Shown in pieces: positions 50,910 through 60,237 of a stretch of 64,000 nucleotides of DNA. The translations under genes and the position numbers were made by a program. Below the pieces are notes generated by a model. That model did not search any database and had not been told where the DNA came from. It worked only from the letters and a program-made list of their open reading frames with translations. Position 1 is the stretch's first letter. Every line of letters begins with the position of its first letter. This stretch comes from Candidatus Eiseniibacteriota bacterium (GTDB taxonomy: Bacteria > Eisenbacteria > RBG-16-71-46 > CAIMUX01 > VGJL01): the NCBI GenBank assembly GCA_041946735.1, contig JBHGAY010000007.1, positions 64,001-128,000 on the forward strand. Reading direction: 5' to 3'.

Positions 50910-52754
50910 CTATTGCTGCCCCTTCTCGAGAATCTGGACGAGCTTCTTCGCGTTCTCGTGCTCCGGGTTGATTTCCAGCGCTTTCTTGATCGCCGCGAGC
51001 CCCGCTGCGGTCTGCCCCTGAACGGCGAGGGCCTGGCCGTAGAGGACCCAGCTGTCCGCGTTCCCAGGATCGATCGTCGTGGCCTGCTTCAGAACGTTCG
51101 CTGCGTTGGCGTAATCCTTCCTCTTGAAGTAGCTGAGGCCCAGCCCGCGCAGAGCCATGGCGTTCTTCGGATCCTTTTCCGTGGCGGTCTTGAACGCCTG
51201 GATCGCCGCTCCCGTGCTGTCCGCCATCTGTAGCAGATTGCCCAGGTATGACCAGGCGGGAGCGAAGTCAGGCGCCAGCGATGTGGCCTTCCGCAGGTCG
51301 GCCACGGCGCTCGAGGTCTGTTTCAGCTGCGCCTTGGCGAGGCCGCGGTTCATCCACGCTCCCGAGTTCGAGGGGGCGAGCTCGATCGTCCGGTCGAAAT
51401 GCAGCACCGCCGAGTCGGGCTTCTGCTGATAGAGATCGAGCAAGCCGAGGCTGAACCAGGCATCGGCCTGAGTCGAGTCGAGTTCGACCGCGCGCAGGAG
51501 ATCCGCCTGGGCGGGGTCGAACTCCTTGTCCTCGAGCTTCATCTGTCCCATCGCCACATAATCGGTCGCCTCGAACTTCGTCGTATCGGGAAGCGAAGCA
51601 TACGCTTTCTTCGCCTGATCCCTGTCTCTGTTGAAGTACAGGGCGCGCGCTCGCAGCAGTCGGGTCTCCACGTTCGTGCTGTCGAGCACGTACGCCTGCT
51701 GCGCCGCGTCGAGAGCGGGGCGGTACATGCGTGCTTTGATGGAGACGTCGGCCAACCCCCGGTATCCCTGCGGGTCGTCCCTCCGAAGGCTCGTATACCG
51801 CAGGTACGCCGAAGCCGCCTCCTCGTTGCGCTTCGCGAGCGAGTAGAGCTGCGCCATGTCCTTCCAGGCCAGCGCGTACGTGGAGTCGATGATGACCGCC
51901 TGCTTGTACTGCTCGAGAGCCTCGTTGTAGCGCTGCTCCTCCTGGTACAGAACGCCGAGCGAATGGCGGACCGGGGCGGTGGCGGTCAGGCCCGGCGTCG
52001 CCAACGCCTGCTCGTACACCGGAATGGCGAGAGACCGGGCGCCGCGCGCCGTGTAGATCTGCGCGACGAGCGTTCCATAGTCCGGATCGTTCGGGTAGAT
52101 GACGAACGCCGACAACGCGTTCTTCTCGGCCGCCTGGATGTCTCCCTCGGCCTGCTGGACCAGGGCCATGCCGTAGTGGTAGTAGTCGGCGCGCTCCTTG
52201 CGCCCCTTCTTCCTCTCTCCCTTCGCCAGGAGCTTCTTCGCCTCGTCGAGCTTTCCGTCGCGGATCAGGATCCTCGCAAGGCCGTACTGCGCATCCCAGA
52301 GACTCCCCTTCTGCCGCAGAGCGGTGTCGAACTCCTGTTTCGCCTCTTCGTAGCGCTGGAGCTTGAGAAGGGTGAGCCCCAGTCCGGCGTGAGCTTCAGG
52401 GAAGTCCTCCTTGCCGGTCTCCTTGTTCTTCTCGATGATCGCCTGCCGGTAGAGCGGCTCCGCCTCGGCGTACGAGCCCTGCAAGGCGAGGATCTCCGCC
52501 TGCCCTTGATGGGCGTTGTAGACCTGATGCTCGTTCGCGATCGCTTCCTCGAAGTACTTCCGAGCCTGGTCGATGTCGCCTTGCTCGAGGGCGTTGTTCC
52601 CGAGCCGGATCGGATCGTCCTCGTACCGGTAGCTTTTCTTGGCCGCCTCGGCGACGACCGGAAGCGAGGCCGCGACCAGGAGCAGGACGAGGCCCCCCCG
52701 GATCCGCTTGCGCATAAAGGAACGCAGCATCAAGTTCTCCCTTTCCAGCAACAT
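50910..52754 (-). CDS. Exported long TPR-repeat protein
   Basis: Signal peptide ending VAEA; roughly 15 tandem TPR repeats; start could be 52730. Confidence 0.88.
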   Translation of the reverse strand: MLLERENLMLRSFMRKRIRGGLVLLLVAASLPVVAEAAKKSYRYEDDPIRLGNNALEQGDIDQARKYFEEAIANEHQVYNAHQGQAEILALQGSYAEAEPLYRQAIIEKNKETGKEDFPEAHAGLGLTLLKLQRYEEAKQEFDTALRQKGSLWDAQYGLARILIRDGKLDEAKKLLAKGERKKGRKERADYYHYGMALVQQAEGDIQAAEKNALSAFVIYPNDPDYGTLVAQIYTARGARSLAIPVYEQALATPGLTATAPVRHSLGVLYQEEQRYNEALEQYKQAVIIDSTYALAWKDMAQLYSLAKRNEEAASAYLRYTSLRRDDPQGYRGLADVSIKARMYRPALDAAQQAYVLDSTNVETRLLRARALYFNRDRDQAKKAYASLPDTTKFEATDYVAMGQMKLEDKEFDPAQADLLRAVELDSTQADAWFSLGLLDLYQQKPDSAVLHFDRTIELAPSNSGAWMNRGLAKAQLKQTSSAVADLRKATSLAPDFAPAWSYLGNLLQMADSTGAAIQAFKTATEKDPKNAMALRGLGLSYFKRKDYANAANVLKQATTIDPGNADSWVLYGQALAVQGQTAAGLAAIKKALEINPEHENAKKLVQILEKGQQ

Positions 52755-52760
52755 CTCGTC

Positions 52761-53765
52761 TCAGCCGGCCGTCTGCAGCGGTTTGCTCGTGAGGACGACC
52801 TCATGGGGCACGTCTCGCGCCGGCAGGAAACCCTCGCTCGCCACGAGCCTCTGTCCCCTCCCGCTATGGAGGAACGTGACGAATCCGGAGGCGCTCGCCG
52901 TACTCTTAGGCGTACAGGATACATACAAGTAGTGAAAGAGCGGATATTCCCCGGTCGCGATCGCGGTCTCGGTGGGCCGCGCCGCGTCCGGTCCAGCGCC
53001 TTGCCCGTCCGGCCGGATCCGGATCGCTTGCACACCCGATCTCGCGAGATCCGGCGGCAACTCGAGCGTGCTCGCGATGCCGAGACCGTGAGGATCGCGG
53101 GAAACCGCCTCGATCACTTCCTGCTCCCCGGCGAGGAACACGACGCGCCCGGACGCGGCGCTCGAGAGGCCGAGCTGCGAGAGCAAGGCGTCCCAGAGAC
53201 CCTGGTTCGGATCCGGCACATAGAGGTGCTGCGGCGCCTCGAGTTCCTTCGGCTCCTCTCCCTCGAGGAGCGAACGGAGCGTTTGCACCGGCACCGACTC
53301 CGGCACCCCAGGAGATGTTGCGGCGAGGAGCGCGATCCCGCCGAGCGCGATCGGAAAGACGAGCGTCGACTCCCCCGCCTCGTGCACCACCGCCCGCTCC
53401 TCCATCGTCAGGTCGCGATTCAAGAAGGCTACGTCCGCCCGGCCGTTCAGAAGATCCTCCAGGGCCTGCCGAGTCCCGCCGTGGAGCACCTCGATCGACG
53501 TCTTCGGGTACAACTCGCGATACGCGGACGCCAAACGGGGAATCAGCATCGGTGCGCAGTCGAGACCGGCGAGGACGAGCCGGGCCTCCGCGGGATTCGA
53601 GCGAGGAGGCTCCTTCACCCGCGACCGCCAGTCGGGGACGAACCGCAGGACGACCAGCGCGAGGAGGATCACGAGATAGATCCATATCCTGCCGCCGGCC
53701 AAGAGGTCGAACCCGGGACGCCGTGGCCTCGGCCTCCTCCCCCGCTCCGTGCCCGTCCGGTCCAT
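52761..53765 (-). CDS. Membrane-anchored PstS-like (PBP2) substrate-binding-domain protein
   Basis: One TM; YRELYP..GGTRQALEDLLNGRADVAFLNRDLT, PIALGGIALL, IATGEYPLFHYLY, FLHSGRGQRLV..GF. Confidence 0.82.
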   Translation of the reverse strand: MDRTGTERGRRPRPRRPGFDLLAGGRIWIYLVILLALVVLRFVPDWRSRVKEPPRSNPAEARLVLAGLDCAPMLIPRLASAYRELYPKTSIEVLHGGTRQALEDLLNGRADVAFLNRDLTMEERAVVHEAGESTLVFPIALGGIALLAATSPGVPESVPVQTLRSLLEGEEPKELEAPQHLYVPDPNQGLWDALLSQLGLSSAASGRVVFLAGEQEVIEAVSRDPHGLGIASTLELPPDLARSGVQAIRIRPDGQGAGPDAARPTETAIATGEYPLFHYLYVSCTPKSTASASGFVTFLHSGRGQRLVASEGFLPARDVPHEVVLTSKPLQTAG

Positions 53766-53771
53766 CAGCCT

Positions 53772-54752
53772 CTAGCGGCGTCCGACCTGGACACCCAGGA
53801 ACGGCACGACCTCTCCATGGTTCGCGCGGGCACCGAGCCCGAGGTGAAGGCGTTCCTTGTAGAACGGCGAGAGGCGAAGGCTTGCGGACGCATACGGACT
53901 CTGATCGTCCGTCCCCCCCTCTTCCGTGAGCAGCGAGTATCCGGCCGAGAGATCGAGACCGAGGCGGCGGTGGATCAGGCTGCGCGAGACGAGCAAGCCC
54001 ACCTGCTTGTTGGAGACCGCTTGATCGGTTCCCAGACCGAAGCCGAGCTCGACTCCGACGTCCACCTTTCCATCGCGAGGCTCCCAGAGGAGCTGCTGCA
54101 GCTGCAGGTTCGTCAGATCGACCTCGTCGCTTCCGACGTCCCGCCGCACCATCAGTCCGGTCTTCTCGGGGAATCGTCCGGTCGGGTCATAGGTCTCTTG
54201 CCGCCGCGCCGCCATCAGATTGGCGGCGACCCGGTCGCGCTCCGCCCTCGTGTCCGTCAGCTGCTTCGCCAGAGCGTCGGCGCGTGTGCGGAGCGAGTCG
54301 ATCTCCGCCTGCCGAGACGCCACGTTCATGCTGTCTCGCACGGACTGGGCGACCGCCTCGTCGGTCTGGTCGCGAAGCGAGAGAATCGCATCGGAGAGAC
54401 CGATCACCTGCTGATCGAGCGTCTGCCGGCGCACGAATCCCGCCTCGATGTCGCTGCGTAGCTGCAGCAGGCCGCCGACCGCGTGGACGCTGTCGGCTTT
54501 CATCTGCTCGAAGGTCGAGAGGGTCGCGGTGACGACGGAGTCGGCTTGAGCGAGCAGACGCTGGCCTTCGAGGGTCGCGGCTTCGCGCTCCTGCTGCTTG
54601 CTGGCGATGATCTCGACCCCTTTGGTGTTCATGTACATCCGGCCCGTGATCAGGAAGATGGCCGCGATCAGGATCAGATCGAGGATGTAGAACGCATGCC
54701 GGGGGCGGAGCCGGAATTTCGGATCGAAGGTCTCTTCGTCTTGGAAACGCAT
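53772..54752 (-). CDS. Hypothetical protein: TM, coiled coil, C-terminal beta-strand-rich domain
   Basis: FYILDLILIAAIFLI; heptad-rich middle; alternating strands VGVELGFGL, LGLDLSAGYS, PFLGVQVG. Confidence 0.75.
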   Translation of the reverse strand: MRFQDEETFDPKFRLRPRHAFYILDLILIAAIFLITGRMYMNTKGVEIIASKQQEREAATLEGQRLLAQADSVVTATLSTFEQMKADSVHAVGGLLQLRSDIEAGFVRRQTLDQQVIGLSDAILSLRDQTDEAVAQSVRDSMNVASRQAEIDSLRTRADALAKQLTDTRAERDRVAANLMAARRQETYDPTGRFPEKTGLMVRRDVGSDEVDLTNLQLQQLLWEPRDGKVDVGVELGFGLGTDQAVSNKQVGLLVSRSLIHRRLGLDLSAGYSLLTEEGGTDDQSPYASASLRLSPFYKERLHLGLGARANHGEVVPFLGVQVGRR

Positions 54753-54762
54753 CGTTTGCTCC

Positions 54763-55404
54763 TCACCGCTTCGGTAGCGCGTCGCGGTTCGGGAAGTCCC
54801 CTTCCCCGGTCACGAGCGCGGAGTTCTTCCTGTAGGCCTCGGGATGGAGCAGGCGGTCGGCCAGATCGTTGGTCGCCGCGATCTCGGTCTCGAGCTGCGC
54901 GATGTCGTTCGATCGCTGCTCGATCAGCGCCCGGAGGGAGTCCACGCGAGCCTGCATCGTCTCGAGGCGCCGAGAGTAGGCGTCGCTGTGTTCCGTCGCC
55001 GTCGCATAGACGGTCCGGAGGGAGTCGGACTCGACCTCCATCGTGCGGATCTCCGTCAGGTTGTCATGGATCATCGTCTGGATGGTGTCGAGGATGGCGC
55101 CGGCCTGCTCGCCGCGCACGGCGATCGTGTCTCCCACGGCCCGCAACGCGGAGATGCGGATATTCACCTTCCGCGCCCTCGTGAGCGAAACGTTGCGCGT
55201 CTCCTCGACGCCCTTGCGCTCCTTCGCCATCTCCTCTTCGATCGCCTTCGTCTGCGGATCCACTCTCTGCGCGTCGAACCACCAGACTGCGATGAGCGGG
55301 ATCACCAGGTACCAGCTGCGCGTGTAGAGCTTCCGGAGAAAGCTGCTGAAGGCGCTCCGGTGCTCTCCCGTATCCGACCAGCCGGGCCGTTCTCTATAGG
55401 GCAT
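54763..55404 (-). CDS. Hypothetical membrane-anchored coiled-coil protein
   Basis: SD AAGGAGG; SWYLVIPLIAVWWF followed by a long coiled coil. Confidence 0.75.
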   Translation of the reverse strand: MPYRERPGWSDTGEHRSAFSSFLRKLYTRSWYLVIPLIAVWWFDAQRVDPQTKAIEEEMAKERKGVEETRNVSLTRARKVNIRISALRAVGDTIAVRGEQAGAILDTIQTMIHDNLTEIRTMEVESDSLRTVYATATEHSDAYSRRLETMQARVDSLRALIEQRSNDIAQLETEIAATNDLADRLLHPEAYRKNSALVTGEGDFPNRDALPKR

Positions 55405-56106
55405 CGCTCCCGACCTCCTTGGCCGCCCGGTGGGCGGCCCCGACACTTACCGTCCCCGGAGTTGCCGTCCCGTGAGTGATCCGTGCAGGCGCCCGGCGTC
55501 CGGCAAGGGGGAACCGGAGACCGGCCTGGATCCGTTCCGCGCGAGCCCACCCGGCTCTCCCCACACCCGCCACTCCCGCCCCGTCACGATCTCGGAAGCT
55601 TCGAAGCGACGGCTCTGCCGGACGAGGGCGGAGACGGCCGGACGGACAGCGAGACGCGTAGTTCCAGGCAGTGGAAGACGGCACGGACGAGAAGAGGACC
55701 GACAAGGGATCGAGGGAGATGCGGGAGATGCTCCGACGTCTTCCCATGCGGAAGCCGCTCGGATCTTCCGAGATACCCATCGCGCGCCCATGACACCCCC
55801 CCTCCCGGCATCTCTTAGTTTCAAGGCGTTGGGCCTCTTGTGACAAGAAGAATTTCTGGAGCGAGCGCGGCGGAGTTCGGCGGCTTGCGTCCCATGCGGA
55901 AGGGGCAAAGCGAGCCCGCCGAGCCGCGAGGACCGAGACCCCTCACCTCGCCTGATCGGCGCTCCGACGGCACCGAAAGGCGGAACCGTCTCCGCCCCAT
56001 CGGTTCCGGGGGGCGAGAGAGTGATCCGGGTCACGGACGGGAGGGCCGTAGAGGCGGAAAACCGGCCCGTCCACGGAAGCCCGCCAGGGTCCGCGCGATC
56101 GCGTGC

Positions 56107-56913
56107 TCAGGGGTTCTCGGTCAGGACCTGGACCGGATCTCCCTTGCCCGCCCCGATCCGACGGTCGGCCCTGCCTCCGTGCACCGCGATCTCGAGCAGC
56201 TCGAGGCTGCTGAAGATCGCCAGCGCCTTGCCTCGCTCCACCTCCTCGTAGCTGCGGCTGATCCGGTCGATCGCCTTGCCGTTGACGATGACACGAAACC
56301 GCTTGCCCGCCGCCACCATCTCGAACACCTCCCGGGTGATGTTCGTGAGGATGTTGCCGAAGGAGTCGATGTGGATGACCTCGCCTGTGATCTGGTCCTG
56401 CCAAACCGACGGCTGAGGCGGATCTCGGCGCACCGGGTCGTCGACGACGGGACCGACCTCGCCGGGGTAGATGCCGCGGCACAGATGGGCCGCCACCGGA
56501 GCGAAGATGTCGCGCCCGTGAAAGGTGTCGCTGATCTGCGGCAGCATCAGCGAGGGATTGCGGATTTCGAGCACCTCGACCTGGGACTGCGCGGCGTAGA
56601 TGCGGGAGAAGACTCCGTTGTCCGGTCCCACGAAGAGATGCGAGGGGGTGTCGATGACGATCGGACGCCGCCGGGTGCCGACCCCGGGATCCACGACGAC
56701 GAGATGCACGGTTCCCTCTGGGAAATACCGGTACGAGCTCTCGAGCACTAGCGAAGCTTCCATCAGATCCTGCGGCTGCACCTGGTGGGTCAGGTCGACG
56801 ACGGTCGCCTTCGGATGGATGCGATAGATCACCCCCTTCATCGTCCCGACGTAGTTGTCGCGGGTACCGAAATCGGTGGCGATCGTGATGATCCCGCTCG
56901 GCGGATGGTTCAT
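56107..56913 (-). CDS. SAM hydrolase / SAM-dependent halogenase family (DUF62)
   Basis: TDFGTRDNYVGTMKGVI, VDLTH, VVDPGVGTRRR, VGPDNG, TFHGRDIFAP, IDSFGNILTN. Confidence 0.93.
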   Translation of the reverse strand: MNHPPSGIITIATDFGTRDNYVGTMKGVIYRIHPKATVVDLTHQVQPQDLMEASLVLESSYRYFPEGTVHLVVVDPGVGTRRRPIVIDTPSHLFVGPDNGVFSRIYAAQSQVEVLEIRNPSLMLPQISDTFHGRDIFAPVAAHLCRGIYPGEVGPVVDDPVRRDPPQPSVWQDQITGEVIHIDSFGNILTNITREVFEMVAAGKRFRVIVNGKAIDRISRSYEEVERGKALAIFSSLELLEIAVHGGRADRRIGAGKGDPVQVLTENP

Positions 56914-56933
56914 CGTTCCCCCTCGTCAGGCGT

Positions 56934-57269
56934 TTAGGCGGTCTCGTCGAAGATCCAGGCGAGATAGGCGGGCGATCCTCCTGCAACGTCGAGGACCAGG
57001 AATTCCGGCAGCTCGTAGGGATGCGTCGCAAGGAGCCGCTCGCGCAGGGCGTCGAGATGCCGGGAGGAGGTCTTGATCCAGAGAGCGACTTCCGCCTCCT
57101 CCTCGAGGCTTCCCTTCCATCGGTAGAGCGACCGGACGTGCGGAACGAAGCTGACGCAGGCGGCGAGACGCCTCTCGAGAATCTCGCGCGCGAGCAGGCG
57201 CGCTCGCTCCACATCGCCCACCGTCGTCCAAACGACAGCGGCCCTCTCTTCTTCGATCCCCCTCGGCAT
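56934..57269 (-). CDS. cutA: Divalent-cation tolerance protein CutA
   Basis: LERRLAACV, SLYRWKG..EEAE..IKT, HPYELPE, YLAWI. Confidence 0.93.
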   Translation of the reverse strand: MPRGIEEERAAVVWTTVGDVERARLLAREILERRLAACVSFVPHVRSLYRWKGSLEEEAEVALWIKTSSRHLDALRERLLATHPYELPEFLVLDVAGGSPAYLAWIFDETA

Positions 57270-57278
57270 CGTGCGGGC

Positions 57279-57307
57279 AGCGTAGGACGGCACGCGAGGC
57301 GGGTCAA
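57279..57307 (-). promoter_or_regulatory. Sigma-70 promoter for cutA
   Basis: TTGACC-17 nt-TACGCT, 9 nt before the ATG. Confidence 0.6.
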
Positions 57308-57329
57308 GGCGGGTCAAGGCAGATCAAGG
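57297..57329. repeat. 10-bp tandem repeat AGGCGGGTCA x2 plus AGGCAGATCA
   Basis: Read directly from the sequence. Confidence 0.75.
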
Positions 57330-58667
57330 AAGCGGACGCGCGCCCTCCAGCCAGCGCGACCAGCTCTCTCGCAGCGCCGGCGGGACCAGCGCCAGTCCCG
57401 GCTGGGCCGAGCTCCACGCGACGCTCCGATCCCCGTGGGGCAGACCGACCGCGAGCGTCTCGCTGTCCCCCCCGGCGAAGCGCAGCACGATCTGCAGCGG
57501 CCGCTCGAGATCCGAACGGGCCCCCGGCCGGAATCCTCCGGCTCGCAAGCGAAGCAGGTTCTGGAGCTGCGCGCGGAACCTCTCCTCGTCCGCCGGCTCC
57601 AGTGCCCCGCCAGCCGGGCTCCATCGCTCTCCCGTCCTCTCGAAGCGGCGCGTCCGGCCGTCCTCGGCGAGCTCGACGCCGGCAGGCGCCTCCCTCCGCT
57701 CCGGGATCAGCAGGTTCTCGCGAAGGCGGGCGGAGCCGTCGACCAGAGTGCGGAAGTTGTCGCTCGGCAGGAGGGCGACGACGTCGCGGCCGGATGGGAT
57801 CACGTACACGGAGCGTTGATCCGCGGTTGCGTGCCCGATGCGCACGAGGAACGGCCGGCCCGATTGATGGAGGGTCCATACCGCTCGGGGAGGATCGAGG
57901 CCGAGGCTCGGAAGGTCCTGCCTCTCGGAGGGACCGAGGAACGACGTGAGGCTCTCGGAGCGAAGCGCCTCGATCGCGCGCTCGAGTTCCGGGGCGGACG
58001 CGGCGGCGCGGACCGGCTCGACGATCGACCAGCTTTGCTTTCCCCTTCGCGCGATCTTCAGCATCTCTTCTCGCGTCTGCACGACGATCGAGTCGGGAGG
58101 GCCGATCGCGAGCGGCGCCGCGATCGGGCTCTGGATCTCTTTCCCCGGAGGGGCGAGGTAGCGCCGCGCGAGGAACGGATCGAGGACGGCGACCGACGGC
58201 GAGCCGGTCCGGATCGCGAACCGGCCTCCGCCCGCTGGAATGGAATCGCCGAGGTCGACGCGGTACGGCGGCCGGCCGTCGAACGAGACGATCAGGCGAG
58301 CCGACGGCACGCGCAGGCCGAAGGGATCGCGGGTGGTGTCGGGCAGCGTGCGCAGCGGGCGGATCGTGGCGGCGACCTGCAGCGACTGCGCGAGGAAGGC
58401 GTCGTCCGCACGGTCCCGGTACGGCTCGACCATCCAGAAGCCGTCCGCCTCGCGGACGACGCGCGCGCGGAAGCCGCTCGCCGGCCGCTCGTAGACCACC
58501 TCGCGAACGCTCGCGAGGTCGAAGGCGGGCGCCCCCGTTGGGGGATTGCCGGCCGTGTCGGTCGGCGGGCGCGAGGAGGTGCGCAGCCATACCGCGACGA
58601 GGCCGGCGATCGCGAGCAGCAGGAAGATCTGCACGGGAGTCGGAAAGCGGCGCCGCACTCCGCTCAC
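57324..58667 (-). CDS. DUF4340-domain protein
   Basis: TM anchor then repeated units W.MVEP..RAD..FGL..P and WSIVEP..LGLDPP; follows the GldG-like gene; GTG with SD GGAGG. Confidence 0.75.
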   Translation of the reverse strand: MSGVRRRFPTPVQIFLLLAIAGLVAVWLRTSSRPPTDTAGNPPTGAPAFDLASVREVVYERPASGFRARVVREADGFWMVEPYRDRADDAFLAQSLQVAATIRPLRTLPDTTRDPFGLRVPSARLIVSFDGRPPYRVDLGDSIPAGGGRFAIRTGSPSVAVLDPFLARRYLAPPGKEIQSPIAAPLAIGPPDSIVVQTREEMLKIARRGKQSWSIVEPVRAAASAPELERAIEALRSESLTSFLGPSERQDLPSLGLDPPRAVWTLHQSGRPFLVRIGHATADQRSVYVIPSGRDVVALLPSDNFRTLVDGSARLRENLLIPERREAPAGVELAEDGRTRRFERTGERWSPAGGALEPADEERFRAQLQNLLRLRAGGFRPGARSDLERPLQIVLRFAGGDSETLAVGLPHGDRSVAWSSAQPGLALVPPALRESWSRWLEGARPLP

Positions 58668-58707
58668 CGCCTCCCCGTCATCCACGCGGAAGGCGTCCGA
58701 AGGCGCA

Positions 58708-60237
58708 TCATCGCTTCCGCGTCCAGATCCAGAGTCCTGCGCCCAGCAGCGCGAGCGGCAGGACGAGCTGGAGCAAGTAGACGAGCGTCCGGATTCCGGT
58801 GAGCGAGATCCGCAGCGGGGTGCCGGTCACGTCGATCGGCGGGATCTTCAGGAGGAACTCCCGGCGCGCGAGCCAATGAACGGCGCGCAGCGCGAGGTCC
58901 CGGTTCGAGAACAGATCGAGGTACTGCCCGGTCAACCAGCCCGAATCGCCGACGACGAAGAGCCGGCCGTATGGCTTCTCTCGCGCGGTCGTTCCGGCGA
59001 CCGGCTCCGCAGCCCCGGGCGTTTCCCATTCCTCGACGACGGCGAGCGGCTGAGCGCCTCGGGGGCCCTGCGCGGCCTCGCCTCGTGGAGCGACGAGCCG
59101 GGCGTCCGGCCCGGTCTGGAACAGGGTCGCTCCTTCGATCCCCCAGAGCCCTTCGCGAGAGAGATGGATCGCCCGCGCGCCGGGGAAGACGGTCCAGCCC
59201 ATTCCCGCCGCAACGATCGGGTGATTCGCGTAGGTCGTCACGAGGAGGACGCGAGGTCCCATCCCCAGACCGCGAGTCGGCGCGCTCTCGTCCTCGACCT
59301 CCAGGCTGTCGAGTCCGATCCCGCGAGACGCGAGGGTGCCTTCTAGACCGATCGTCGTTCCCGGCTCGAGCGCGAGGAGCACCCGGCCGCCGCGATCGAG
59401 ATAGGCGCCGATTCGCTCGACTTCGTTGGACAGAAGCGCACGCTGCGGGCCGACGATCGCCAGTGCGGCCGCTTCGTCCGGAATCGGCTGGTCGTAGAGG
59501 GTCGTCTCGACCGGCTCGTACCCAGCGTCCCGCAGGGTCTTCGCGAACCGCGCCAGCCCTCCGGGCGATCCATCGGTCAGCTTTGGCTCGCCGTGGCCGG
59601 TCGTGAAGGCGATCACTGTCCGCCGGGGATTCTCGACCCGGAGGATCGCCTCGGTGATGTCCGACTCGGTCAGCTCGTCCACTTCCTCCTGAACGGAGCC
59701 CGAGCGGACGAGGATCACGCCGGCCCGGGTGACGCCGAGACCGCGCGCTTCCTCGGGAGAGCGGTCGGGGTCGAGCATGCGGGTGCGAATCCGCGTCGAG
59801 GCGACGCGATAGACCTCGAGCAGGTCGACCGCGCGCTCGCGGTCCGGGCTGGTCTCGCGGTAGACGCCGATCAGCTCGATCGGCGCCTCCGCCGCCCGCA
59901 CGATCTGCCGGCTCGCCTCGGAGAGACGGTTGAGCCCGCGGGCGGTCAGGTCGGCGCGCACCGGGACCCGCCCGAAGACGACCGACGCGAGGATGAGGAC
60001 GATCGCGGCGAGAAGCCAGGTGCTCGCCGGCCCCGGCTCCGCGGTCCGGCGCGCGCGCCCGAGCAGGAAGAGGATGTCGCCGCGCGCGCGGACGAGGAAC
60101 AGGACGAAGCTGCCGATCGCGCCCAGCAGCAGCAGGCGCGGAAGGTAGGCGCGGGGACCGGCGACCGACGCGAGCGCTCCGGCCAGCGCGGCCAGCAGGA
60201 GGGCGACCAGGAGCAGCGGCAGCAGCCGGCCGCTCAT
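58708..60237 (-). CDS. GldG-like ABC transporter auxiliary protein
   Basis: DLTARGLNRLSEAS, LDPDRSP, FTTGHGE, YLDRGGRVL, VVGDSGW, NRDLALRAVHWL, C-terminal TM. Confidence 0.87.
   Translation of the reverse strand: MSGRLLPLLLVALLLAALAGALASVAGPRAYLPRLLLLGAIGSFVLFLVRARGDILFLLGRARRTAEPGPASTWLLAAIVLILASVVFGRVPVRADLTARGLNRLSEASRQIVRAAEAPIELIGVYRETSPDRERAVDLLEVYRVASTRIRTRMLDPDRSPEEARGLGVTRAGVILVRSGSVQEEVDELTESDITEAILRVENPRRTVIAFTTGHGEPKLTDGSPGGLARFAKTLRDAGYEPVETTLYDQPIPDEAAALAIVGPQRALLSNEVERIGAYLDRGGRVLLALEPGTTIGLEGTLASRGIGLDSLEVEDESAPTRGLGMGPRVLLVTTYANHPIVAAGMGWTVFPGARAIHLSREGLWGIEGATLFQTGPDARLVAPRGEAAQGPRGAQPLAVVEEWETPGAAEPVAGTTAREKPYGRLFVVGDSGWLTGQYLDLFSNRDLALRAVHWLARREFLLKIPPIDVTGTPLRISLTGIRTLVYLLQLVLPLALLGAGLWIWTRKR

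Noticed and set aside
52761..53765. Call as pstS of a phosphate ABC transporter
   Set aside because: No pstC/A/B or phoU nearby; membrane-anchored and embedded in a TonB operon
55405..55830. Cobalamin riboswitch upstream of the TonB genes
   Set aside because: I could not find the conserved B12-box elements in the correct order on the minus strand
56107..56913. Fluorinase/chlorinase natural-product gene
   Set aside because: Has the DUF62 SAM-hydrolase-type motifs (DPGVG..RR, TFHGRD) and no biosynthetic cluster context
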